Shown in pieces: positions 46,294 through 59,700 of a stretch of 64,000 bases of DNA; the first letter of the stretch is position 1, and each line of letters starts with the position of its first letter. The stretch comes from Eledone cirrhosa (lineage: Eukaryota). The notes beneath the pieces were generated by a model. The model did not search any database, had not been told where the DNA came from, and saw nothing but the letters and a program-made list of their open reading frames with translations. The stretch spans positions 180,730,001 to 180,794,000 of the forward strand of contig OZ024743.1 in assembly GCA_964016885.1 (NCBI GenBank), read 5' to 3'. Position numbers and translations under genes: made by a program.

Positions 46294-49200
46294 GTTGTAG
46301 TTGTAGTTGTTGGTGTTGGTGGTGGTGTTGTAGTTGTAGTTGTTGTTGGTGGTGGTGTTGTAGTTGTTGTAGTTGTTGTTGGTGGTGTTGTTGTTGTAGT
46401 TGTTGTTGTTGTTGGTGGTGGTGTTGTAGTTGTAATTGGTGGTGGTGTTGTTGTTGTAGTTGTAGTTGTTGTTGTAGGTGGTGTTGTTGTTGTAGTTGTT
46501 GTTGGTGGTGGTGGTGTTGTTGTAGTTGTTGTTGGTGGCGTTGTTGTAGTTGTAGTTGTTGGTGGTGGTGTTGTTGTTGTTGTAGTTGTTGTTGGTGGTG
46601 GTGGTTTTGTTGTAGTTGTTGTTGGTGGTGGTGGTGGTGTTGTAGTTGTAGTTGTTGTTGGTGGTGGTGGTGTTGTAGTTGTAGTTGTTGTTGGTGGTGG
46701 TGTTGTAGTTGTAGTTGTTGTTGTAGGTGGTGTTGTTGTTGTAGTTGTTGTTGTTGGTGGTGATGTTGTTGTTGTAGTTGTTGTTGGTGGTGGTGGTGTT
46801 GTTGTAGTTGTTGTTGGTGGCGTTGTTGTAGTTGTAGTTGTTGTTGGTGGTGGTGTTGTTGTTGTTGTAGTTGTTGTTGGTGGTGGTGGTGTTGTTGTAG
46901 TTGTTGTTGGTGGTGTTGTAGCTGTAGTTGTTGTTGGTGGTGGTGTAGTAGTTGTAGTTGTTGTTGGTGGTGGTGTTGTAGCTGTAGTTGTTGTTGGTGG
47001 TGGTGTTGTAGTTGTAGTTGTTGTTGTAGGTTGTGTTGTTGTTGTTGTAGTTGTTGTTGTTGGTGGTGGTGTTGTAGTTGTTGTTGTTGTTGTTGGTGGT
47101 GGTGTTGTTGTAGTTGTTGTTGGTGCTGGTGGTGTTGTTGTAGTTGTTGTTGGTGGCGGTGTTGTAGTTGTAGTTGTTGTTGGTGGTGGTGTTGTAGTTG
47201 TAGTTGTTGGTGGTGGTGGTGTTGTAGTTGTTGTTGGTGGTGGTGTTGTAGTTGTAGTTGTTGTTGGTGGTGGTGTTGTTGTTGTAGTTGTAGTTGTTGT
47301 TGTAAGTGGTGTTGTTGTTGTAGTTGTTGTTGTTGGTGGTGGTGGTGTTGTAGTTGTAGTTGTTGGTGGTGGTGGTGTTGTTGTAGTTGTTGTTGGTGGT
47401 GGCGGTGGTGTTGTTGTTGTAGTTGTTGTTGGTGGTGGTGGTGTTGTTGTAGTTGTTGTTGTTGTAGTTGTTGTTGGTGGTGGTGGTGTTGTTGTAGTTG
47501 TTGTTGTTGGTGGTGGTGTTGTAGTTGTAGTTGTTGTTGTTGGTGGTGGTGTTGTAGTTGTAGTTGTTGGTGGTGGTGGTGTTGTAGTTGTAGTTGTTGG
47601 TGGTGGTGGTGTTGTTGTAGTTGTAGTTGTTGGTGGTGGTGGTGTTGTTGTTGTTGTAGTTGTTGTTGGTGGTGGTGGTGTTGTTGTAGTTGTTGTTGGT
47701 GGTGTTGTAGTTGTAGTTGTTGTTGTTGGTGGTGGTGGTGTTGTTGTAGTTGTTGTTGTTGGTGGTGGTGTTGTAGTTGTAGTTGTTGTTGTTGGTGGTG
47801 GTGTTGTAGTTGTAGTTGTTGGTGGTGGTGGTGTTGTAGTTGTAGTTGTTGTTGGTGGCGGTGTTGTTGTTGTAGTTGTTGTTGGTGGTGGTGGTGGTGT
47901 TGTTGTTGTAGTTGTTGTTGGTGCTGGTGGTGTTGTTGTAGTTGTTGTTGGTGCTGGTGGTGTTGTTGTAGTTGTTGTTGGTGGCGGTGTTGTAGTTGTA
48001 GTTGTTGTTGTTGGTGGTGTTGTTGTTGTAGTTGTTGTTGGTGGTGGTGGTGGTTTTGTTGTTGTAGTTGTTGTTGCTGGTGGTGTTGTAGTTGTAGTTG
48101 TTGTTGGTGGTGGTGTTGTAGTTGTAGTTGTTGTTGGTGGTGGTGTTGTTGTTGTAGTTGTTGTTGGTGGCAGTGGTGGTGTTGTTGTTGTAGTTGTAGT
48201 TGTTTTTGGTGGTGGTGTTGTTGTAGTTGTTGGTGGCGGTGGTGTTGTTGTTGTAGTTGTAGTTGTTGTTGGTGGTGTTGTAGTTGTAGTTGTTGTTGGT
48301 GGTGGTGTTGTAGTTGTAGTTGTTGTTGGTGGTGTTCTTGTTGTCGTAGTTTTAGTTGTTGTTGGTGTTGTAGTTGTAGTTGTTGTTGGTGGTGGTGTTG
48401 TAGTTGTTGTTGTTGTTGGTGGTTTTGTTGTTGTTGTAGTTGTAGTTGTTGTTGGTGTTGTAGTTGTAGTTGTTGTTGGTGGTGGTGTTGTAGTTGTTGT
48501 TGGTGGTGGTGTTGTTGTAGTTGTTGTTGGTGGCGGTGTTGTAGTTGTAGTTGTTGTTGGTGGTGTTGTTGTTGTTGTAGTTGTAGTTGTTGGTGTTGTA
48601 GTTGTTGTTGGTGGTGGTGGTGTTGTTGTAGTTGTTGTTGGTGGCGGTGTTGTAGTTGTAGTTGTTGTTGGTGGTGTTGTTGTTGTTGTAGTTGTTGTTG
48701 GTGTTGTAGTTGTAGTTGTTGCTGGTGGTGGTGTTGTTGTTGTAGTTGTTGTTGGTGGTGGTGTTGTAGTTGTTGTTGGTGGTGGTGTTGTAGTTGTAGT
48801 TGGTGGTGGTGGTGGTGTTGTTGTTGTAGTTGTAGTTGTTGTTGTTGGTGGTGTTGTAGTTGTTGTTGGTGGTGGTTGTGGTGTTGTTGTTGTAGTTGTA
48901 GTTGTTAGTGGTGGTGTTGTAGTTGTTGTTGGTGGCGGTGTTGTAGTTGTAGTTGTTGTTGGTGGTGTTGTTGTTGTTGTAGTTGTAGTTGTTGGTGTTG
49001 TAGTTGTTGTTGGTGGTGGTGGTGTTGTTGTAGTTGTTGTTGGTGGCGGTGTTGTAGTTGTAGTTGTTGTTGGTGGTGTTGTTGTTGTTGTAGTTGTTGT
49101 TGGTGTTGTAGTTGTAGTTGTTGCTGGTGGTGGTGTTGTTGTTGTAGTTGTTGTTGGTGGTGGTGTTGTAGTTGTAGTTGGTGGTGGTGGTGGTGTTGTT

Positions 49201-52200
49201 GTTGTAGTTGTAGTTGTTGTTGTTGGTGGTGTTGTAGTTGTTGTTGGTGGTGGTTGTGGTGTTGTTGTTGTAGTTGTAGTTGTTAGTGGTGGTGTTGTAG
49301 TTGTTGTTGGTGGCGGTGTTGTAGTTGTAGTTGTTGTTGGTGGTGTTGTTGTTGTTGTAGTTGAAGTTGTTGGTGTTGTAGGTGTTGTTGGTGGTGGTGT
49401 TGTTGTAGTTGTTGTTGGTGGCGGTGTTGTAGTTGTTGTTGGTGGTGGTGTTGTTGTCGTAGTTGTAGTTGTTGTTGGTGTTGTAGTTGTAGTTGTTGCT
49501 GGTGGCGGTGTTGTTGCTGTAGTTGTTGTTGGTGGTGGTCGTGTTGTTGTTGTAGTTGTTGTTGGTGGTGGTGTTGTAGTTGTAGTTGTTGTTGGTGGTG
49601 GTGTTGTAGTTGTAGTTGCTGGTGGTGGTGGTGTTGTTTTTGTAGTTGTAGTTGTTGTTGTTGGTGGTGTTGTAGTTGTTGTTGGTGGTGGTGGTGGTCT
49701 TGTTGTTGTAGTTGTAGTTGTTGTTAGTGATGGTGTTGTAGTTGTAGTTGTAGTTGTTGTTAGTGGTGGTGTTGTAGTTGTAGTTGTTGTTGGTGGTGTT
49801 GTTGTTGTAGTTGTTGTTGGTGGTGGTGGTGGTGTTGTTGTTGTAGTTGTTGTTGTTGGTGGTGGTGGTGTTGTTGTTGTAGTTGTAGTTGTTGGTGTTG
49901 GTGGTGTTGTAGTTGTAGTTGTTGTTGGTGGTGGTGTTGTAGTTGTAGTTGTTGGTGGTGGTGGTGTTGTAGTTGTAGTTGTTGTTGGTGGCGTTGTTGT
50001 AGTTGTTGTTGTTGGTGGTGGTGGTGTTGTTGTTGTAGTTGTTGTTGGTGGTGGTGGTGGTGTTGTAGTTGTAGTTGTAGTTGTTGTTGGTGGTGGTGTT
50101 GTAGTTGTAGTTGTTGTTGGTGGTGGTGTTGTAGTTGTAGTTGTTGGTGTTGGTGGTGTTGTAGTTGTAGTTGTTGTTGGTGGTGGTGTTGTAGTTGTAG
50201 TTGTTGTTGGTGGTGGTGTTGTAGTTGTTGTTGTTGTTGGTGGTGTTGTTGTTGTAGTTGTTGTTGGTGGTGGTGTTGTAGTTGTAGTTGTTGTTGGTGG
50301 TGGTGTTGTAGTTGTAGTTGTTGTTGGTGGTGGTGTTGTAGTTGTTGTTGTTGTTGGTGGTGTTGTTGTTGTAGTTGTTGTTGGTGGCGGTGTTGTAGTT
50401 GTAGTTGTTGTTGGTGGTGTTGTTGTTGTTGTAGTTGTTGTTGGTGGTGGTGTTGTAATTGTAGTTGGTGGTGGCGGTGTTGTTGTTGTTGTAGTTGTTG
50501 TTGGTTGTGGTGTTGTTGTTGTAGTTGTTGTTGGTGGCGGTGTTGTAGTTGTAGTTGGTGGTGGCGGTGTTGTTGTTGTTGTAGTTGTTGTTGGTGGTGG
50601 TGTTGTTGTTGTAGTTGTTGTTGTTGTTGGTGGTGGTGTTGTTGTTGTAGTTGTTGTTGGTGGTGTTGTTGTTGTAGTTGTTGTTGGTGGTGGTGGTTTT
50701 GTTGTTGTAGTTGTTGTTGGTGGCGGTGTTGTAGTTGTAGTTGTTGTTGGTGGTGTTGTTGTTGTTGTAGTTGTTGTTGGTGGTGGTGTTGTAGTTGTAG
50801 TTGTTGTTGGGGGTGGTGTTGTAGTTGTAGTTGTTGGTGGCGGTGGTGTTGTAGTTGTAGATGTTGGTGGTGGTGTTGTAGTTGTAGTTGTTGTTGGTGG
50901 TGGTGTTGTAGTTGTAGTTGTTGTTGGTGGTGGTGTTGTAGTTGTAGTTGTTGTTGGTGGTGGTGTTGTAGTTGTTGTTGTTGTTGGTGGTGTTGTTGTT
51001 GTTGTTGTTGTTGGTGGCGGTGTTGTAGTTGTAGTTGTTGTTGGTGGTGTTGTTGTTGTAGTTGTAGTTGTTGTTGGTAGTGTTGTTGTTGTTGTAGTTG
51101 TAGTTGTTGGTGTTGTAGTTGTTGTTGGTGGTGGTGTTGTTGTTGTAGTTGTAGTTGTTGGTGTTGTAGGTGTTGTTGGTGGTGGTGTTGTTGTAGTTGT
51201 TGTTGGTGGCGGTGTTGTAGTTGTAGTTGTTGTTGGTGGTGTTGTTGTTGTCGTAGTTGTAGTTGTTGGTGTTGTAGGTGTTGTTGGTGGTGGTGTTGTT
51301 GTAGTTGTTGTTGGTGGCGGTGTTGTAGTTGTAGTTGTTGTTGGTGGTGTTGTTGTTGTTGTAGTTGTAGTTGTTGGTGTTGTAGGTGTTGTTGGTGGTG
51401 GTGTTGTTGTAGTTGTTGTTGGTGGCGGTGTTGTAGTTGTAGTTGTTGTTGGTGGTGTTGTTGTTGTTGTAGTTGTAGTTGTTGGTGTTGTAGGTGTTGT
51501 TGGTGGTGGTGTTGTTGTAGTTGTTGCTGGTGGCGGTGTTGTTGTTGTAGTTGTTGTTGGTGGTGGTCGTGTTGTTGTTGTAGTTGTTGTTGGTGGTGGT
51601 GTTGTAGTTGTAGTTGTTGTTGGTGGTGGTGTTGTAGTTGTAGTTGGTGGTGGTGGTGGTTTTGTTGTTGTAGTTGTAGTTGTTGTTGTTGGTGGTGTTG
51701 TAGTTGTTGTTGGTGGTGGTGGTGGTGTTGTTGTTGTAGTTGTAGTTGTTGTTAGTGGTGGTGTTGTAGTTGTAGTTGTTGTTAGTGGTGGTGTTGTAGT
51801 TGTAGTTGTTGTTGGTGGTGTTGTTGTTGTAGTTGTTGTTGGTGGTGGTGGTGGTGTTGTTGTTGTAGTTGTAGTTGTTGGTGTTGGTGGTGTTGTAGTT
51901 GTAGTTGTTGTTGGTGGTGGTGTTGTAGTTGTAGTTGTTGGTGGTGGTGTTGTAGTTGTAGTTGTTGTTGGTGGTGGTGTTGTTGTTGTAGTTGTTGGTG
52001 GTGGTGGTGTTGTAGTTGTAGTTGTTGTTGGTGGTGGTGTTGTTGTTGTAGTTGTTGTTGGTGGTGGTGGTGGTGTTGTAGTTGTAGTTGTAGTTGTTGT
52101 TGGTGGTGGTGTTGTTGTAGTTGTTGTTGGTGGTGGTGGTGGTGTTGTTGTTGTAGTTGTAGTTGTTGGTGTTGGTGGTGTTGTAGTTGTAGTTGTTGTT

Positions 52201-55200
52201 GGTGGTGGTGTTGTAGTTGTAGTTGTTGGTGGTGGTGTTGTAGTTGTAGTTGTTGTTGGTGGTGGTGTTGTTGTTGTAGTTGTTGTTGGTGGTGGTGTTG
52301 TAGTTGTAGTTGTTGGTGGTGGTGGTGTTGTAGTTGTAGTTGTTGTTGGTGGTGGTGTTGTTGTTGTAGTTGTTGTTGGTGGTGGTGGTGGTGTTGTAGT
52401 TGTAGTTGTAGTTGTTGTTGGTGGTGGTGTTGTAGTTGTAGTTGTTGTTGGTGGTGGTGTTGTTGTTGTAGTTGTTGTTGGTGGCAGTGGTGGTGTTGTT
52501 GTTGTAGTTGTAGTTGTTGTTGGTGGTGGTGTTGTTGTAGTTGTTGGTGGCGGAGGTGTTGTTGTTGTAGTTGTAGTTGTTGTTGGTGGTGTTGTAGTTG
52601 TAGTTGTTGTTGGTGGTGGTGTTGTAGTTGTAGTTGTTGTTGGTGGTGTTCTTGTTGTCGTAGTTTTAGTTGTTGTTGGTGTTGTAGTTGTAGTTGTTGT
52701 TGGTGGTGGTGTTGTAGTTGTAGTTGTTGTTGGTGTTGTAGTTGTAGTTGTTGTTGGTGGTGGTGTTGTAGTTGTTGTTGGTGGTGGTGTTGTTGTAGTT
52801 GTTGTTGGTGGCGGTGTTGTAGTTGTAGTTGTTGTTGGTGGTGTTGTTGTTGTTGTAGTTGTAGTTGTTGGTGTTGAAGTTGTTGTTGGTGGTGGTGGTG
52901 TTGTTGTAGTTGTTGTTGGTGGCGGTGTTGTAGTTGTAGTTGTTGTTGGTGGTGTTGTTGTTGTTGTAGTTGTTGTTGGTGTTGTAGTTGTAGTTGTTGC
53001 TGGTGGTGGTGTTGTTGTTGTAGTTGTTGTTGGTGGTGGTGTTGTAGTTGTTGTTGGTGGTGGTGGTGTAGTTGTAGTTGGTGGTGGTGGTGGTGTTGTT
53101 GTTGTAGTTGTAGTTGTTTTTGTTGGTGGTGTTGTAGTTGTTGTTGGTGGTGGTTGTGGTGTTGTTGTTGTAGTTGTAGTTGTTAGTGGTGGTGTTGTAG
53201 TTGTTGTTGGTGGCGGTGTTGTAGTTGTAGTTGTTGTTGGTGGTGTTGTTGTTGTTGTAGTTGTAGTTGTTGGTGTTGTAGTTGTTGTTGGTGGTGGTGG
53301 TGTTGTTGTAGTTGTTGTTGGTGGCGGTGTTGTAGTTGTAGTTGTTGTTGGTGGTGTTGTTGTTGTTGTAGTTGTTGTTGGTGTTGTAGTTGTAGTTGTT
53401 GCTGGTGGTGGTGTTGTTGTTGTAGTTGTTGTTGGTGGTGGTGTTGTAGTTGTAGTTGGTGGTGGTGGTGGTGTTGTTGTTGTAGTTGTAGTTGTTGTTG
53501 TTGGTGGTGTTGTAGTTGTTGTTGGTGGTGGTTGTGGTGTTGTTGTTGTAGTTGTAGTTGTTAGTGGTGGTGTTGTAGTTGTTGTTGGTGGCGGTGTTGT
53601 AGTTGTAGTTGTTGTTGGTGGTGTTGTTGTTGTTGTAGTTGTAGTTGTTGGTGTTGTAGGTGTTGTTGGTGGTGGTGTTGTTGTAGTTGTTGTTGGTGGC
53701 GGTGTTGTAGTTGTTGTTGGTGGTGGTGTTGTTGTCGTAGTTGTAGTTGTTGTTGGTGTTGTAGTTGTAGTTGTTGCTGGTGGCGGTGTTGTTGTTGTAG
53801 TTGTTGTTGGTGGTGGTCGTGTTGTTGTTGTAGTTGTTGTTGGTGGTGGTGTTGTAGTTGTAGTTGTTGTTGGTGGTGGTGTTGTAGTTGTAGTTGGTGG
53901 TGGTGGTGGTGTTGTTGTTGTAGTTGTAATTGTTGTTGTTGGTGGTGTTGTAGTTGTTGTTGGTGGTGGTGGTGGTGTTGTTGTTGTAGTTGTAGTTGTT
54001 GTTAGTGGTGGTGTTGTAGTTGTAGTTGTAGTTGTTGTTAGTGGTGGTGTTGTAGTTGTAGTTGTTGTTGGTGGTGTTGTTGTTGTAGTTGTTGTTGGTG
54101 GTGGTGGTGGTGTTGTTGTTGTAGTTGTAGTTGTTGGTGTTGGTGGTGTTGTAGTTGTAGTTGTTGTTGGTGGTGGTGTTGTAGTTGTAGTTGTTGGTGG
54201 TGGTGTTGTAGTTGTAGTTGTTGTTGGTGGTGGTGTTGTTGTTGTAGTTGTTGTTGGTGGTGGTGTTGTAGTTGTAGTTGTTGGTGGTGGTGGTGTTGTA
54301 GTTGTAGTTGTTGTTGGTGGCGTTGTTGTAGTTGTTGTTGGTGGTGGTGGTGGTGTTGTTGTTGTAGTTGTTGTTGGTGGTGGTGGTGGTGTTGTAGTTG
54401 TAGTTGTAGTTGTTGTTGGTGGTGGTGTTGTAGTTGTAGTTGTTGTTGGTGGTGGTGTTGTAGTTGTAGTTGTTGGTGTTGGTGGTGTTGTAGTTGTAGT
54501 TGTTGTTGGTGGTGGTGTTGTAGTTGTAGTTGTTGTTGGTGGTGGTGTTGTAGTTGTTGTTGTTGTTGGTGGTGTTGTTGTTGTAGTTGTTGTTGGTGGT
54601 GGTGTTGTAGTTGTAGTTGTTGGTGTTGGTGGTGTTGTTGTTGTAGTTGTTGTTGGTGGTGGTGTTGTAGTTGTAGTTGTTGTTGGTGGTGGTGTTGTAG
54701 TTGTAGTTGTTGTTGGTGGTGGTGTTGTAGTTGTTGTTGTTGTTGGTGGTGTTGTTGTTGTAGTTGTTGTTGGTGGCGGTGTTGTAGTTGTAGTTGTTGT
54801 TGGTGGTGTTGTTGTTGTTGTAGTTGTTGTTGGTGGTGGTGTTGTAATTGTAGTTGGTGGTGGCGGTGTTGTTGTTGTTGTAGTTGTTGTTGGTTGTGGT
54901 GTTGTTGTTGTAGTTGTTGTTGGTGGCGGTGTTGTAGTTGTAGTTGGTGGTGGCGGTGTTGTTGTTGTTGTAGTTGTTGTTGGTGGTGGTGTTGTTGTTG
55001 TAGTTGTTGTTGTTGTTGGTGGTGTTGTAGTTGTAGTTGTTGTTGGTGGTGTTGTTGTTGTAGTTGATGTTGGTGGTGGTGGTTTTGTTGTTGTAGTTGT
55101 TGTTGGTGGCGGTGTTGTAGTTGTAGTTGTTGTTGGTGGTGTTGTTGTTGTTGTAGTTGTTGTTGGTGGTGGTGTTGTAGTTGTATTTGTTGTTGGGGGT

Positions 55201-56729
55201 GGTGTTGTAGTTGTAGTTGTTGGTGGCGGTGGTGTTGTAGTTGTAGATGTTGGTGGTGGTGTTGTAGTTGTAGTTGTTGTTGGTGGTGGTGTTGTAGTTG
55301 TAGTTGTTGTTGGTGGTGGTGTTGTAGTTGTAGTTGTTGTTGGTGGTGGTGTTGTAGTTGTTGTTGTTGGTGGTGTTGTTGTTGTTGTTGTTGTTGGTGG
55401 TGGCGGTGTTGTAGTTGTAGTTGTTGTTGGTGGTGTTGTTGTTGTAGTTGTAGTTGTTGTTGGTAGTGTTGTTGTTGTTGTAGTTGTAGTTGTTGGTGTT
55501 GTAGTTGTTGTTGGTGGTGGTGTTGTTGTTGTAGTTGTAGTTGTTGGTGTTGTAGGTGTTGTTGGTGGTGGTGTTGTTGTAGTTGTTGTTGGTGGCGGTG
55601 TTGTAGTTGTAGTTGTTGTTGGTGGTGTTGTTGTTGTCGTAGTTGTAGTTGTTGGTGTTGTAGGTGTTGTTGGTGGTGGTGTTGTTGTAGTTGTTGTTGG
55701 TGGCGGTGTTGTAGTTGTAGTTGTTGTTGGTGGTGTTGTTGTTGTTGTAGTTGTAGTTGTTGGTGTTGTAGGTGTTGTTGGTGGTGGTCTTGTTGTAGTT
55801 GTTGTTGGTGGCGGTGTTGTAGTTGTAGTTGTTGTTGGTGGTGTTGTTGTTGTCGTAGTTGTAGTTGTTGTTGGTGTTGTAGTTGTAGTTGTTGCTGGTG
55901 GCGGTGTTGTTGTTGTAGTTGTTGTTGGTGGTGGTCGTGTTGTTGTTGTAGTTGTTGTTGGTGGTGGTGTTGTAGTTGTAGTTGTTGTTGGTGGTGGTGT
56001 TGTAGTTGTAGTTGGTGGTGGTGGTGGTTTTGTTGTTGTAGTTGTAGTTGTTGTTGTTGGTGGTGTTGTAGTTGTTGTTGGTGGTGGTGGTGGTGTTGTT
56101 GTTGTAGTTGTAGTTGTTGTTAGTGGTGGTGTTGTAGTTGTAGTTGTAGTTGTTGTTAGTGGTGGTGTTGTAGTTGTAGTTGTTGTTGGTGGTGTTGTTG
56201 TTGTAGTTGTTGTTGGTGGTGGTGGTGGTGTTGTTGTTGTAGTTGTAGTTGTTGGTGTTGGTGGTGTTGTAGTTGTAGTTGTTGTTGGTGGTGGTGTTGT
56301 AGTTGTAGTTGTTGGTGGTGGTGTTGTAGTTGTAGTTGTTGTTGGTGGTGGTGTTGTTGTTGTAGTTGTTGTTGGTGGTGGTGTTGTAGTTGTAGTTGTT
56401 GGTGGTGGTGGTGTTGTAGTTGTAGTTGTTGTTGGTGGTGGTGTTGTTGTTGTAGTTGTTGTTGGTGGTGGTGGTGTTGTTGTAGTTGTAGTTGTAGTTG
56501 TTGTTGGTGGTGGTGTTGTAGTTGTAGTTGTTGTTGGTGGTGGTGTTGTAGTTGTAGTTGTTGTTGTTGGTGGTGTTGTAGTTGTAGTTGTTGTTGTTGG
56601 TGGTGGTGGTGTTGTAGTTGTAGTTGTTGGTGTTGGTGGTGTTGTAGTTGTAGTTGTTGTTGGTGGTGGTGTTGTAGTTGTAGTTGTTGTTGGTGGTGGT
56701 GTTGTAGTTGTAGTTGTTGTTGGTGGTGG

Positions 56730-56768
<39 letters not shown>

Positions 56769-59700
56769 AGTTGTTGTTGGTGGTGGTGGTGTTGTTGTAG
56801 TTGATGTTGTGGTGGTGGTGTTGTTGTAGTTGTTGTTGGTGGTGGTGTTGTTGTTGTAGTTGTTGTTGGTGGTGGTGTTGTAGTTGTAGTTGTTGGTGGT
56901 GGTGGTGGTGTTGTAGTTGTAGTTGTTGTTGGTGGTGGTGTTGTAGTTGTTGTAGTTGTTGTTGGTGGTGTTGTTGTTGTAGTTGTAGTTGTTGTTGTAG
57001 GTGGTGTTGTTGTTGTAGTTGTTGTTGTTGGTGGTGGTGTTGTAGTTGTAGTTGTAGTTGTTGTTGGTGGTGGTGGTGTTGTTGTAGTTGTTGTTGGTGG
57101 CGTTGTTGTAGTTGTAGTTGTTGTTGTTGGTGGTGTTGTTGTTGTTGTAGTTGTTGTTGGTGATGGTGGTGTTGTTGTAGTTGTTGTTGGTGGTGGTGGT
57201 GTTGTAGTTGTAGTTGTTGTTGGTGGTGGTGTTGTAGTTGTAGTTGTTGTTGGTGGTGGTGGTGTTGTAGTTGTAGTTGTTGTTGGTGGTGGTGTTGTAG
57301 TTGTAGTTGTTGTTGTAGGTGGTGTTGTTGTTGTTGTAGTTGTTGTTGTTGGTGGTGGTGTTGTTGTTGTAGTTGTTGTTGGTGGTGGTGGTGTTGTTGT
57401 AGTTGTTGTTGGTGGCGTTGTTGTAGTTGTTGTAGTTGTTGTTGGTGGTGGTGTTGTTGTTGTAGTTGTTGTTGGTGGTGGTGTTGTAGTTGTAGATGTT
57501 GTTGGTGGTGGTGTTGTTGTTGTAGTTGTTGGTGGTGGTGCTGTTGTTGTTGTTGTAGTTGTTGTTGGTGGTGGTGTTGTTCTTGTAGTTGTTGTTGTTG
57601 GTGGTGGTGTTGTTGTTGTTGTAGTTGTTGTTGGTGGTGGTGGTGTTGTAGTTGTAGTTGTTGTTGGTGGTGGTGTTGTAGCTGTAGTTGTTGTTGGTGG
57701 TGGTGTTGTAGTTGTAGTTGTTGTTGTAGGTGGTGTTGTTGTTGTTGTAGTTGTTGTTGTTGGTGGTGTTGTTGTTGTTGTAGTTGTTGTTGGTGGTGGT
57801 GTTGTTGTTGTAGTTGTTGTTGGTGGTGGTGTTGTAGTTGTAGATGTTGTTGGTGGTGGTGTTGTTGTTGTAGTTGTTGGTGGTGGTGCTGTTGTTGTTG
57901 TTGTAGTTGTTGTTGGTGGTGGTGTTGTTGTTGTAGTTGTTGTTGTTGGTGGTGTTGTAGTTGTAGATGTTGTTGGTGGTGGTGTTGTAGTTGTGGTTGT
58001 TGGTGGTGGTGTTGTTGTAGTTGTAGTTGGTGGTGGTGGTGTTGTTGTAATTGTTGTTGGTGGTGGTGTTGTAGTTGTAGTTGTTGTTGGAGGTGGTGTT
58101 GTAGTTGTTGTTGTTGGTGGTGGTGTTGTAGTTGTTGTTGGTGGTGGTGGTGTTGTTGTAGTTGTTGTTGGTGGTGGTGTTGTAGTTGTAGTTGTTGTTG
58201 TTGGTGGTGGTGTTGTTGTAGTTGTAGTTGTTGTTGTTGGTGGTGTTGTTGTTGTTGTAGTTGTTGTTGGTGGTGGTGGTGTTGTTGTAGTTGTTGTTGG
58301 TGGTGGTGATGTTGTAGTTGTAGTTGTTGTTGGTGGTGGTGTTGTAGTTGTAGTTGTTGTTGGTGGTGGTGGTGTTGTAGTTGTAGTTGTTGTTGGTGGT
58401 GGTGTTGTAGTTGTAGTTGTTGTTGTAGGTGGTGCTGTTGTTGTTGTAGTTGTTGTTGTTGGTGGTGGTGTTGTTGTTGTAGTTGTTGTTGGTGGTGCTG
58501 TTGTTGTTGTTGTAGTTGTTGTTGGTGGTGGTGTTGTTGTTGTAGTTGTTGTTGTTGGTGGTGTTGTAGTTGTAGTTGTTGTTGGTGGTGGTGTTGTAGT
58601 TGTAGTTGTTGTTGGTGGTGGTGGTGGTGTTGTTGTTGTAGTTGTTGTTGGTGGTGGTGGTGTTGTTGTAGTTGTTGTTGTTGGTGGTGGTGTTGTAGTT
58701 GTTGTTGTTGGTGGTGGTGTTGTAGTTGTTGTTGGTGGTGGTGTTGTTGTTGCAGTTGTTGTTGGTGGTGGTGTTGCTGTTGTAGTTGTTGTTGTTGGTG
58801 GTGGTGGTGTTGTTGTTGTAGTTGTTGGTGGTGGTGGTGTTGTTGTTGTAGGTGTTGTTGGTGGTGGTGTTGTAGTTGTAGTTGTTGTTGGTGGCGGTGT
58901 TGCTGTTGTAGTTGTTGTTGTTGGTGGTGGTGGTGGTGTTGTTGTTGTAGTTGTTGTTGGTGGTGGTGTTGTTGTTGTAGTTGTTGTTGGTGGCGGTGTT
59001 GTTGTTGTAGTTGTTGCTGGTGGTGGTGGTGTTGTTGTAGTTGTTGTTGTGGTGGTGGTGTTGTTGTACTTGTTGTTGGTGGTGGTGTTGTTGTTGTAGT
59101 TGTTGTTGGTGGTGGTGTTGTAGTTGTAGTTGTTGGTGGTGGTGGTGGTGTTGTAGTTGTAGTTGTTGGTGGTGGTGTTGTAGTTGTAGTTGTTGTTGGT
59201 GGTGTTGTTGTTGTAGTTGTTGTAGTTGGTGGTGGTGTTGTTGTTGTTGTTGTAGGTTGTGTTGTTGTTGTAGTTGTTGTTGTTGGTGGTGTTGTTGTTG
59301 TTGTAGTTGTAGTTGTTGTTGGTGGTGGTGGTGTTGTTGTAGTTGTTGGTGGTGGTGTTGTTGTTGTTGTAGTTGTTGTTGGTGGTGGTGGTGTTGTTGT
59401 AGTTGTTGTTGGTGGTGGTGGTGTTGTAGTTGTAGTTGTTGTTGGTGGTGGTGTTGTAGTTGTAGTTTGTGGTGGTGTTGTAGTTGTAGTTGTTGTTGGT
59501 GGTGGTGTTGTTGTTGTAGTTGTAGTTGTTGTTGTAGGTGGTATTGTTGTTGTAGTTGTTGTTGTTGGTGGTGGTGGTGTTGTAGTTGTAGTTGTTGGTG
59601 GTGGTGGTGTTGTTGTTGTTGTAGTTGTTGTTGGTGGTGGTGGTGTTGTTGTAGTTGTTGTTGTTGGTGGTGGTGTTGTTGTAGTTGTTGGTGGTGTTGT